From the NCBI GenBank assembly GCA_023334545.1, contig JAADVB010000023.1, positions 59,671 through 123,670 of the forward strand: DNA of 64,000 bases, given 5' to 3'. The notes beneath the pieces are model-generated. The model saw only the letters and a program-made list of their open reading frames with translations, was not told the DNA's origin and did not search any database. The stretch comes from Salisapilia sapeloensis CBS 127946 (taxonomy: Eukaryota; Protista; Oomycota). This document shows, in pieces, positions 1-11,417 of the stretch; within the stretch, counting starts at the first letter, position 1; each line of letters begins with the position of its first letter. A program made the translations under genes and the position numbers.

Positions 1-1233
1 AACGGAAGTTTCTATCGCTGGAGTAGTCGAAAGTGCACCGACGTCCAAGTACAAGCACACGACGGAGCCATTCATGCGCTAGCCTACCATCCCTCTGACT
101 CAGCGCGATTTATCTCTGCTGGAGATGATGGCAAAATAAAAATCTGGAAGTTGTCCTTCGAGTTATTGCGCACGATCGACATGAATGCAGTAACTGAAAA
201 GCCGACTCGTGATATCACTCATCACAAAAGAATACCTGTTCGTGGCGTACAAGTTTCTGGAAACAAGTACCTCGTTTCCACTGCAGACGGAAAGATCTTT
301 GAGGTTGCAGATAAAGAAGGCATATTGTCGTCTTGGGGTTCGAGTTCGAAGAATATGAAAGTGCACGTCGATGGTCACTACCAGGGAGAGCTGTGGGGCT
401 TTGCGATGCACCCCACACGAGAGAAATTTGCCTCTGCTGGGGACGAAGGAACCATTCGATTATGGGATTTGAGATCTCGTTCGCTGCTATCATTGCGAGA
501 GCAAAAGAGTGCGAAATCTTTACCTCGAGCTCTTGCCTTCTCATGTGACGGCCTGCACTTGGCAGTCGGATGCTCAGATGGAAGTATTACAATTTTGCTG
601 GAATCCTTAAACCGTGTGGTGACATCTTGGAAGTGCTCACACAGAGCCGTACAAGTGATCCAATACTCAGGAGACGGACGCATCCTTGCCGTCGGAGCAC
701 ACGATTGTAAGGTACATCTTTACAGTACGCATTCTTACACGAGGCTCGGTGAAGCTGTTGGTCACTCTGGGACGGTCATGCATCTCGATTTTGCAAAGCA
801 TTCGAGCTCCATCTTCCAGTCTACATGCACCGCGTCTGAGCTTCTATTCTGGGAGCTTCAAGCAGCAGGTGGGAGCAAGAAGCTGGTCGTGAAGCAGATC
901 AAGCATCCGAGCCGCCTTCGAGATGTTAAGTGGGAATCGTGGACATGTCCGTTTGGCTGGAGCGTCCAGGGCATTTGGCCGAAAGAAACTGACGGCAGTG
1001 ACATCAATGATCTGTGTCGTAGCTCGGAAGGAACTAGTCTGGTGACAGGAAATGACGATAAAGTGGTTCGTCTCTTCCGATACCCGTGTGTACTGAAGGG
1101 TGCTGATGCAAAAATGTATGTCGGACATGCGTCTCACATCACGAATTGCCGCTATTCGTTGCGTGACCAGTACGTCGTGACCACAAGCGGCAGAGATCGA
1201 GTGATCTGCCAATATCGATTTGTATACAAGTAA
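1..1233 (+). CDS. EML/EMAP-like WD40-repeat microtubule-associated protein, C-terminal part (5' end outside window)
   Basis: Frame 1 is open from base 1 (NGSFYRWSSRK...AHDGAIHALAYHP...SAGDDGKIKIWKL) to TAA at 1233. It has several WD40 repeats and EML-typical segments: GHYQGELWGFAMHP, WESWTCPFGWSVQGIWP..TDGSDIN, GNDDKVVRLFRYPC and GHASHIT. Confidence 0.85.
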   Translation, partial: NGSFYRWSSRKCTDVQVQAHDGAIHALAYHPSDSARFISAGDDGKIKIWKLSFELLRTIDMNAVTEKPTRDITHHKRIPVRGVQVSGNKYLVSTADGKIFEVADKEGILSSWGSSSKNMKVHVDGHYQGELWGFAMHPTREKFASAGDEGTIRLWDLRSRSLLSLREQKSAKSLPRALAFSCDGLHLAVGCSDGSITILLESLNRVVTSWKCSHRAVQVIQYSGDGRILAVGAHDCKVHLYSTHSYTRLGEAVGHSGTVMHLDFAKHSSSIFQSTCTASELLFWELQAAGGSKKLVVKQIKHPSRLRDVKWESWTCPFGWSVQGIWPKETDGSDINDLCRSSEGTSLVTGNDDKVVRLFRYPCVLKGADAKMYVGHASHITNCRYSLRDQYVVTTSGRDRVICQYRFVYK

Positions 1234-1316
1234 TCTGACGAAAAGAATTGCCAAAAACGTTATCATGAATAGAGTACATCACGTTCTCATTGTCCATACG
1301 TTGCATACGCCTCAGT

Positions 1317-2301
1317 TCAGTCCACTCGATAGTCAAAGTAGCGCTGATCTATGTAGTTGTTTTCGAAGCAAAATTCAGTCATGGCTTCAGTCAAAATATG
1401 GTTCCACGGCTCTTGCTCTTCCCCTTCTCTCTTTAGCCGATTGAGCAGATTCCGAACGTCATAAAACATAATGTCACGATCAACACGGTCGTTGAGCAAA
1501 TTGTGAATCTGCCGGACATCCATTCCAGCATCTCGTAGCTCTCTCACTTGCTCAATCTCTTCATTCGTCCAATTGGTGCGATTGCTCACAAAGTTCTTAT
1601 ACTCATCTTTAGACAATTCGTGGTTGTGGGTCGTATTCACTTTGGAAATTCGAACCACGTGCTTTTTTGCTTTTGGCATACGAACAAGCAAGGCGTTAAT
1701 CTTTGCCGGGCAGTTATGGCATCGCATACTTTTCCGCTTTCGCTTGCCTGTGCCACGAGAGCGAAACTTGCCTCCATATACGCATTCGAACGTAACTGAG
1801 TAGCATCCCCACGATTCGTCGAGATACTCATCATCGTGTGGAAGCTTTTGGGATGTGTCATGTCTCGAGTCCAAACGAGCATTTCGAGTTTTAACTGACG
1901 TACTGGTTCGATTCCGAAAACACTACATGCCTTCAAGTAAGCAAGGATACATTTTTAAAGTAGAGGAAAATAGTATACTGAAGAAAACGTACTTGGTGTG
2001 TGCTGAGCTGATATTGGCGTAGGTACGAATGAAGATCATCCCACGAATTAAAGCATCGCTGACTTGGAGGCTCTGCGGTAATCTGTATGACAGGAAGGTC
2101 ATTTTCATTATTTTCTTCAGGAGCTTGTGCTTCATGTGTTCCTCGCTCCGTGCTAGCACTCCGTTTGCTTTCCTTTCTCGGACGATTATCATGCATTCCA
2201 TCGTAGTCTGCTTGGTCCAGCAGAACCTGAGTGCCATTTCTTGCAAATGCACTATCTGTAGAGAGCCCAGTTGGCTTCCCGTGCTCTGTAGTATTGGACA
2301 T
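1317..2301 (-). CDS. FAR1/WRKY-like DNA-binding protein (MULE-derived, no catalytic domain seen); 2 exons
   Basis: ATG at 2301. A GT..AG intron at 1992-1923 (70 nt) joins FNSWDDLHSYLRQYQLSTHQ to CFRNRTSTSVKTRNAR. Next comes ECVYGG..RSRGTGKR..CHNCPAKINA..THNHEL (FAR1-type C-C-H-x-H), then an HTH-like segment. Stop at 1317. Confidence 0.7.
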
Positions 2302-2525
2302 GGACGACAAATCGCTCAAATGTGCGCTTTGTTTTTTGTTGTTCCTACTCCTTGCTACTAGCGCTTAATTTACTTCGCTTTTATATTGAGTAGTTTATGT
2401 GGGTCACATTACTTTTCTGTTGTAATTTTTAGCTTCTGGTAGCAAACCATACTGTTTAAGCAGCCAATTTGCCTTGCTCAGGCTCGACCAGCATGGGATT
2501 AAAAATGTGCATAACGCACTTATTA

Positions 2526-2730
2526 GAGGATGTCAAATCTGCCAAAATTGCAAAATATAATAAGGTGTCTGATTGCCAAATTATCGGGTATAGTTCCTAA
2601 AAAGTCAAAGATTTTATTTCTAGTGTTCGTGCGTCGATTCATTTTATTTTGAAAATCATATGAGTAGAAGCGAAAGTTGAGAATCTTACTGGAAAAATTA
2701 AGTTGTGTTTTTGCAAAGTTTGACATCCCC
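2526..2730. mobile_element. MITE, copy 1 (family shared with 51738-51935)
   Basis: Imperfect terminal inverted repeats GAGGATGTCAAATCTGCCAAAA / TTTTGCAAAGTTTGACATCCCC. The first ~85 bp closely match 51738 onward. AT-rich and non-coding. Confidence 0.7.
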
Positions 2731-2986
2731 ATTCTACAGCTATATGCAGGAATTCCGAAATGTATCGGCTCGACAATTTATTTGTTTCGTTCCAATCATT
2801 TACTTTCCATCTTTCTAGAGTCCAACCCACTTACTTGTTTTTAGCAAGTATTGCAACTAGTAATACCTAATGAGTTTATAGCTCCTCAAGGGATGTTTCT
2901 CGTGGTAGAAAACAGAATAATACACTTGAGTGCGCTGTAGCAAATTTCAAACCGGTCTAGGGTTTACTTCCTACTTCTTGCTCTCG

Positions 2987-3034
2987 GCTTCAACTTACCG
3001 CTTCAACCTACCGCTTCAACCTACCGCTTCAACC
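2987..3034 (+). repeat. 13-bp tandem repeat (GCTTCAACCTACC) x ~3.7
   Basis: Read directly: gcttcaacttacc gcttcaacctacc gcttcaacctacc gcttcaacc. Confidence 0.9.
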
Positions 3035-3058
3035 TTTTACTTTAACTCTAAGCACGCA

Positions 3059-6000
3059 TGTCAGGCTTGACTCAGATCCTCTTCCTGCAACACATCTGGG
3101 CTTCAAATACAAGAATGCCAGCTATGATCCTTTTGCTAGTTCGAGAGTGTTATCGTCCTTGACGATCACGCGCGAATCTAGACGAGTGCGACGCGTCGAG
3201 ACCAGGATCAGGTCCGACTCTGTCAGATTCACTGGACGAGACTCCTCGTAGCCTAGAAGCACTCTTTAATTTCCTTTCTAAGTCTGAAGTCAATATCGAC
3301 TTGCATACACAACAAACGACTTATCTTTCTCTTCGTTTGTGACAGTTAACTAACTATTAAAGCGTGACAAAGCAAGTTTCTGTCATGTGGAAACCCAGAT
3401 CAAATGGATTCTAACACCACTTCAAGCTTGCGACCCCGTCGTGCTCGACGCACGCACTAAAGGTGTGCGGTGGCACCATCTACCCCTTCATCCTTAAAGA
3501 TGCCCACGACGGCCGTTCGCCTTTCGCTTATTGAACAACGACGTCTAATCGCCAGTCGGTAGCGTTGCCGGAGCCCGTGGGTCCGCCTTTCTCCGCTCCA
3601 CCAGCCTCTGGGCACACCTCCAGCCGCCGTGATTATAGTGCGAGCGAGGAGGACAATGCAACAGCGTCCGGACACCCCAGTAGTGGAGGTGTCCAAGACG
3701 ATTCACCAGTATCATTCTGAGCTCCCCTCGCCACAACGCGATCCACCGGCCGAGCTGCCAGAGCTGTCACCCTCGCCTCGAAATGCTTCTGAACATCTCC
3801 CCGAGGGGGAAGCCCGAGCAGGACTTCCTCTCCCACCCTACCAATAGTCTTTTCCTCCACCTGCTGCTGGCAATGAATTTATGATGCAATTTGGTCAAAC
3901 GATGATGCAGCAGCAAACATAATTCATGAACCAAATGTTTGCAATTTACACACTCTCACAACGCCGGTCACCTCAGAAGAAGAAGAATCCTTCCACGTTT
4001 GACGAAAAAAACAGTAAAGACATCGAGTATTTTGTATGCATCACGGAGGAATACAATTCGACTGATTGCCGCGTTCGCATGGAGGCTGACACAGCCGAGT
4101 TTACGACTCTTGTCTACGCGAATTTGGGCCAGGTGACTCGAACCTTCGTGCATGAAGTCAAGATAGCACTGATAAATGAGGATGGCGGCACGTCACCACT
4201 AGTGTGGCCGCTCCTAAAGGCCAAGCTTCATGAACGTTTCCGTGAAAAGGAGTTTGAATGTAAGGTCTTATCCTAGCTCTATCAATTGCATCCGACAGGC
4301 ACGCAGTAAAAATACACAAGTCGCTTCCTACATCTTTTATCTAAGCTTCGACCGTTACCGGAGTTCATCAAGCATTGGGTATATCAGCAGGACGTTATAG
4401 CGGAAGCTAGCACCTTCGTATCACAAAACATACCTGAAAGTCTATGGAAGGTGATCGATCTTGCCCAGCAATTTGAAGATTCGAAGCGCAGCCAACACGG
4501 GCGCCAAGGTACATCGCAAACCAAAGTTGAGATGAAGCCCACATCTATGGAAGGTAGTAAGGGCACGGAGGGTTCAGGAACGAGACGCGTGGAAGATAAG
4601 TGGTGCTCATTTTGCCAGGTTCATACTCATTACATCGCTGCCTGCCGCAGAGAAAAGGCGTCCGAGACTGCTAATTGTGGCGCCAAGCGCCAAATACCAC
4701 CGAGTCTCCACTACCATGACGATGTGGCCGAGATCCACCATTGCGAGAACAATCTGTATGAACACTTATCCCACACTAGCACTGTTAGAGGCGCAAGTGT
4801 CTCCGCCTTCGTCGACAATGGAGCGTCTTTCAATGCTGTTGATCCTCGCGTCGTCGAGCAACTTGGTCTCAACATAGTAGAATGCGCTAAGCCGTTTGAA
4901 CTCACCATCGGAAAAAGTCAGAAGGCTATCATCCCACGCCGAGTGACAAGTCTGCAAGTCCACCTTGACAGATTTTCACCGTACTGAACGAATGCCTTCG
5001 TTCTTAACGTTTTAAAAAGAAAAAATCTGCTGTTGGGAATGCCATGGCTTGAAGCAGTTAATCCTAAAGATGACTGATAGCACAAAACCATCAAGGCCCG
5101 AGAGACCGCTGACACGCAGGCCTTCCATCCGTGCGTTTATGGTACACTAATCGGCACCTTTGAGGATGAACGACAGCTGTACGACAACCGTTCAAGTGAT
5201 AATCAACGGGACCTTGCGCACAACAACGGCTAGAAGAGCACGCAAGCTATTAAAAATGAAGCTTACAGGCGATGAGTATATATTCGCCGTAGCGGTCACA
5301 CTGTCCAAGGCTGAAAGCCAACTCACTACCGACTGGAAAGCCTTGCGTGGTCATCCGTCTGAATCAGTCCTACACAAATACATTAATACCGTGTTTCGGC
5401 CAGAACTTCCTTCGATGCCACAAACGCGTACCCTAGACATGGAGGCCGAAGTTAAATTGGCAGCCAAGATCCCTGTCGTTCGTAAGCAATATCGCCTGAG
5501 CGACGAAGAAGAGCGCGCTGTCAGCTGGAATGATCAGGCCGTCTATATCGCCTTCTTCTCTCCGACCGTTTGCCCTAGAAAGGCAGTAGGATGGTGAACT
5601 TTATATGACTTCCAAGCCCTCAACGCCCTATTTTGATTCCCGGCTACTTCTGTTCCACGGCAAGAGGACGTATATGACGCTATGGTAAAGGACGCCTTTT
5701 CTCCGCGATGTATCTGCTATGAGGATTCTTCCAAGTCCGTCTATACGAAAAGGGTATTCCTTTCACAGCCTTTTCTACACCTGACGGTCTATTTAAATAC
5801 TTCGTGATACCTATGGGCCTTTCCTCGAGCCCTTCAGCCTTTAAACGCATGATTTAATCTGTCTTCAAAAAGCGAAGTCACACCTGCTAAGCCTACGTTG
5901 ACGACCTGCTCGTCTACACGCCTAGCGATGACATGCAGGAACACTTAGTAGCCTTAGGCAGGGCTTTTGTGCGCTACCAGAAACAGCAACTCTATGTCAA

Positions 6001-7975
6001 AGTAGTCAAATGCATCCTCGGAGCCTCTGAGATTCCCTGTCTGGGAGATTTCATTGGACGTGACCTCATTTGGATGGAACCTGATAAGGTGTGCGCAATT
6101 CAAAAATGGCCAGTTCCTCAAACCAAACGCGAGCTTCAGTCTTTCATTGTCACCCGCGTCTATGTGCTTTAATATTGTGTCGGATATGCATAAATATCGG
6201 CTTCACTCACCGACGTCACGCAAGGCTAAACAAAGAATGAACGCATCAATTTGACGGACGAACAGCTTTGCTGTTTCGAAGAGCTAAACCTGAAGCTTTC
6301 TTCACCGCCAACTTTGGTTCATCACTTCCGCTTCACATAAAAATGAATGCTAGCGACTGCGCTATCGGTGGTTACCTGTATCATCTAGACAACGCAGGTC
6401 AGATGTGAGTCATTGCCTTCGACAGACGAAACCTCCCCACAGTCGAACGCATGTACCCTACACGCGATGAGGAGCTTATGGATGCCTTACACGCCATGCC
6501 TATATGGAAAGTGTACTCGATTGACAAGCCGTTCTTTATAGACACCGATCATCGCACTCTTAAATCGATTTTCCAGCAATCTACATGCTCGCAGCGTCTT
6601 GCTCTATGGCTAAACGAACTCAGTTTCTTTCAGTCAAGGTCTCTATGGGTTGCTGGATCAACCAACCTTGCGGCTCATGCTGTCTCGTGCAGCCCTCAAG
6701 TGCACGACGACGATGAGCCAAGTTGCATCTCCATCGCTTATCTTCTTAGACAGTTTCGTCACCATCACTCTTTCATCTCCGTCGACGACGCTTATCAGCA
6801 CTACATGCGCCGAAGACCCTCCATCCCGACACAGTGCAAGCGCTTATATCCTTCGGATCCTCTCTTTGGTCCATTTGTTTGTCACCTTTCCGTTGACGCA
6901 TCCTCTACGACCATTTAGGTCAACCTCAATCAGACCATTCGAGCCAATGTGCAGCATTTCTTTCTTGACGAGGGCCTCCTATACTTCCAACCCGGTCCCG
7001 AACACTCCTGCTGCCTTTGTATTCTTATGGGCATTGATTTGCGTAATACAGTTTTGTCTAAATGCCATGATACACTCGCACACGGACGCCCACGTGTCCA
7101 AAAGACATTGCTTGTCGCTCAACAGAGCTTCTATTTCCTAAGCATGTACCGCATTGTGACCATGCGCGTCCGCTCATGTGAACTATGTCAATTGGTTAAC
7201 GTTTCTCACCGAAAAACCGCCTTTTGCACCCAGTAGACGTTCCACAGGCGCGATCAATCCACATCTCGATGGACTTTATGCTTGATCTTTCACCATCAGG
7301 GACACATTTTTACGACACCATCCTTGTCGTCCTGGACCAGTTGGTCAAGCGTGCTCAGTTACTTTTCACCCGCAAGTCGGCTACAGCAGCGGACACGGCT
7401 TGCCTATTTGTCGACGAATACGTCCGCCTCTGCGGCTTTTCTTTGTCCATCATCTGTGACCGCAATCCTCGCTTCTTGTTCAGCTTCTGGAAAACGATCT
7501 CCCAATCCCAACACACGCAGATTCGTACCAGTACGGCATTTAAACCTTTAGCTCATGGTCAGGACGAACGCAATCACGGTTTCGTTAACGGTTATTTGTG
7601 TGCCTTCGTCTTGTCACGCCAGCACAACTGGGTCACGCTTCTACCTATGGCAAAATTTGCATACAACTCTCGCGTCCACGCAAGCATTGGCATGTCCCCG
7701 TTCACTGCCCACATGCGATACATGTCAGGGGAATTCTCTTACCTGTGCTCAAACTTACACGTGCAGTAAGGGAAGCTTGATAAAACTATAAGTGAATTAT
7801 ATTGATACTTTAGATCCTATCCTACCCTGCACATCCTTACCCTAAATGTACCTCCCATATGCTATGGAAGAATAGGTAGGTCATCTAATCAAGTACCAAC
7901 TAAGAACCAAAAGTAAACAAAGTGGCGTTAACCTAAAGTAACGGTACGTGTGCCCGTTACACACTTAGCGTGACA
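3059..7975 (+). mobile_element. Decayed Ty3/Gypsy LTR retrotransposon (gag-PR-RT-RNaseH-IN)
   Basis: The domains appear in Gypsy order. Gag zinc knuckle CSFCQVHTHYIAAC (~4600-4645); protease AFVDNGASFNAV (~4800-4840) and LLLGMPWLEAVNP; RT PFTAFSTPDG..PMGL..YVDD (5894-5905); RNase H ASDCAIGG..TDHRTL; integrase HHCC finger and ISMDF..CDRNPRF..FAYNS..GMSPF. Many stops and frameshifts. The candidate 5' LTR (TGTCA 3059..3369 TGACA) and the right boundary are tentative. Confidence 0.88.
7723..7961 (-). mobile_element. Solo LTR, family copy A (truncates the Gypsy integrase)
   Basis: Reads TGTAACGGG...TGACA on the minus strand. Aligns by eye with 8797-9038 (inverted) and 15103-15355 (same orientation), for example GGGAAGCTTGATAAAACTATAAGTGAA and ACCTCCCATATGCTATGGA. 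Confidence 0.75.
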
Positions 7976-8796
7976 GGCATGGAGGCTAACCTGCTGGACC
8001 GGATAACGATATGTTGAGAGCCTACTCGCTCAACCGTCGAGTCACAGTGATCCTGAGGGTAGAAAGCGGCTTTGTCCATTAGGACGATATCATGTAGATC
8101 CATATTGAGTTCGTGGAGTTCTACAAACTCGATAAATCAACGGCTCGATTGACGAAACCTCATTGAGCAGTTTCGACACATTTATTTGTCTGCGCAAGGC
8201 TAATCCAAAACCTACCATGAACCATGTCACCCAGTTATCAGACGGGACAAATGTCTCAGCATTGTCGATGCTTTGTTCGCGCTCGTGCAGCAATAACGCC
8301 GTTTCTGAGGTCCAGTCGCGCGTCAATTTCTCCTTGCTTATAGACCTATCAACGATTAGATCAAAGAGCAATACTTCCACATTTGCGAGCAACTGTGACG
8401 GAAGTCACAACGATAGCCCTTTAAACTTAAGGGAAGCGTAAAACACAGAGCATGAAACTCTTGTTTTAAAAGTACGGAAGGTGTGTAAGACACTTGTGCT
8501 TTAGAAAGCAAAATGAGAATTGATTGTATTGAGGCTTAATCCGAATACTAGACTTAACGTTTCTATATACCTACTAAATCCTAATACAATCTCCTTAATC
8601 TTACTCTTAGTATTGAAAGGTCTAACGACCATTCATGTTCCTTGTACCTTTGTATTAGCACCACATGCTCCAATACAAAGATCCACTTCAAGATCCGGTA
8701 TGTTACCCCAGCTTGGGATACATTCATGTAAGTTCCCGTTACACACACAGCTTTCGAACAGCACCAAGAAGACGCTTGCGGTGATCTTGCGCTAGC

Positions 8797-9038
8797 TGTA
8801 ACGGGCTTCTACCGTTACTTTAGGCTAGCGCTACTTTACTTTTACTTTGGTTCTGTGCTGGTACGTATTAAGATGACCTACCCTTTATCTGATACAAGAT
8901 ATATGTAGTACTTGTAGTCAGAAACGATGTGCAAGCAGGAAAGATCTAAAATACCAAATAAACATTCACTTCTAGTTTTAAAGCGTCTTCCCCACAATGC
9001 ACGTGTAAGCCTTCACGGGTAGCAAGAGTCTCGTGACA
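8797..9038 (+). mobile_element. Solo LTR, family copy B
   Basis: TGTAAC...GTGACA termini, 242 bp. Flanks CTAGC / CTTGC give a 4/5 match to a 5-bp TSD. Ends are homologous to copies A and C. Confidence 0.75.
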
Positions 9039-10611
9039 CTTGCTCTATGCTCTTATACTGCCTTAGCCACTTCCGTTAAGTAGCTGCGCTATAATTCCAT
9101 TATTTTTCTGCAAGAGTATCGAGCAGTGCGAGTCGGTACATCACTACCGTGGATAAAATTCAATTTTATTGTCTCAATCTCTGTAGCGATGTCGATAGAC
9201 TCGCGTTGGCCAGGTATCGTGAATCGTACAATGAAAGCTCAAATGAACTTGATATATGTATTGTTTCTTATGGTTGTGCTTATAAAGAGGGCATGTTAGT
9301 GTAGCTTATTGTAAATTGGATCTTGACAGAAATGGTTGTCCTTCATGCGGCTATGCATCCTTTCAATATCTGCTTTGTTTCCATCGGGGATGTGTACTTC
9401 GCAGAGGCCATAACTCAATTCTACGATATATCTCAGAGGATTTAAATATTGATAATATTTTGTGATATTCATCTTGAACTCATATCGCCGATACGAGCTA
9501 ATATATAGGGCACGTGTATTTCCTGTGTGGATCGCTTAGGAGGGTGCAAAACCGGAAATTGTACAGCTTGTGTAACCTTCTCAATTTGGGCTATTACTTT
9601 TACAAATTCACCGTTCGCTAGTTTGAGCGAATTATTTTAGAGTATCTTTCCATGAGCAAGCGCGAGATACAGGCGTGGAAGCAGAATACACGAATGCGTC
9701 AGCAAGCCTAGCAGGTGGGCTAGGTAATTAGGAGTATAGCATACACACTTTTCACTTCTTCTTACCAAACCGCAATAAATGCTCACATGGAAGACTGGAA
9801 TGTCTTTTATGCAGTCTACAAGGTAAAAAGTAATCCATTGTTAGGATATGTAAAGTGCATGCGTTATTTTCATGTATAGTGTCTTACCATGTATTGCTTA
9901 TATACATTTAAAGGCAATTTGCCAAAAGTAAGAGATGAACTGAAGGAAAGCTTCAGCGCAATCACTGAAACTTCGTTTATTTTGACAAATGTACAACAAA
10001 ATACCAGTATCACAAGGTTATATCCTGTAGAGCTGCCATAGTTAATCCAATACCTATTTTAACTTCATTCATTGTTTTATTTTTCACTCCGTATAGGATG
10101 TAGATATGAATTCCTCCATTAATGAGGCTGTAATGCTTGTAGATGTAAATGGCTTGGAGTGATTGCTGTAAGCGTACATTGAAATATATATCTATTTAAT
10201 TATGCCGATAATGACTTAGTAAGCGTAGCGACCACCATATCGTTTTTCATGCATAGGTACCTCCACAAGACGCACGTATGTCTCAATGCTGTTCATTTGT
10301 CTTCGATCCACCATTTAATATTCAAAGTAGATGAAACTACGTTGAAGTGCAGAAAAAAGATGCGATAGATGTACCCACCTGGTATGTACTTCTTAATAGG
10401 AGCATTGAATGGCCAGGAGTGTCTACTCGACATATCATGATTGAAAAAATTTCAAGACCAATCAAAGCCTCTAATCACCTCGCTAAAATTGGACGGATTC
10501 AAATTGCGACAATATAAACCTGTATTTAAAAACAAACTACTTATTTGAATAACATAAAAACTCGCACAATTTTGCTGATTATATAACTACATTATCAAGT
10601 GCTTAGTACGT

Positions 10612-10692
10612 GACAGCTTGGCCGAGTGGTTAAGGCGATAGACTAGAAATCTATTGGGGCAACCCGCGTGAGTTCAAATCTCACAGCTGTCG
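10612..10692 (+). tRNA. tRNA-Ser(AGA): tRNA-Ser, anticodon AGA
   Basis: Full cloverleaf. Acceptor stem GACAGCT/AGCTGTC; D-arm GCCGAGTGGTTAAGGC; anticodon arm ATAGA-CTAGAAA-TCTAT; long variable arm GGG-GCAA-CCC; T-arm GTGAG-TTCAAAT-CTCAC; discriminator G. A T5 Pol III terminator follows a few bases later. Confidence 0.97.
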
Positions 10693-11417
10693 AATCTTTT
10701 TGTCGATATCAGAATAACTTTGCTGCTGTTGTTAGATACACCTACATTTACACGCTCGATCATATAATGACCACAATATTAATGTCTAAAACATTTTAAT
10801 GAAACTCAATTTTAGTCGAACGACGCTTTACAAGATGTTCAAAATGAGCTAACATAAAAAATTTAGGTTTTAACTTAAAGTTGTGGGAGTAAAATCAAAG
10901 TTTGTGATGCTATCTATCGCTATGCTCGTTTCTGAGCAGGTCGATACTCTGTGCATCAAAATGTCATCAATAATGGTTAAAGCTCAGCTAAATTAAACAT
11001 ATTTGAAAATTATCTTCATTAAAGCTTTTTCATGTTGGGTTTCTGATGTTTGTATGCTTGTGTAACCGATAGCTTATGTAATAATTTGTTAGCTCTAGTC
11101 AAATTGAAATCAGTGGTCTACAGCTCAATAACGTACAGCCTATATATTTTAGTCGTGGATAAAGTATAAAAAAACTTCACTTCTTGTTTGTTCGTTCCCA
11201 ACTCGCTTTTCGATCTTGTGTAGACTGATTATATTTACCAAAGATAAATGCAAAACTGTAAGGTTTTGATATTGCTCTCCAAAAAGTCCCAATTGATATG
11301 CTTAAGTGTTTCTCAATTGTTACGGAAAGATAAAACTTCGTTGTCTCCACGAACATTCTGGTATCAGATTGATTTCAACCGGTTGCTAGTTGTAATTGTC
11401 AATTTAGAAGTTTATTA

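Noticed and set aside
2987-3034. Short direct repeats as a possible CRISPR array
   Set aside because: The 13-bp units are contiguous with no spacers, the context is eukaryotic and there are no cas genes.
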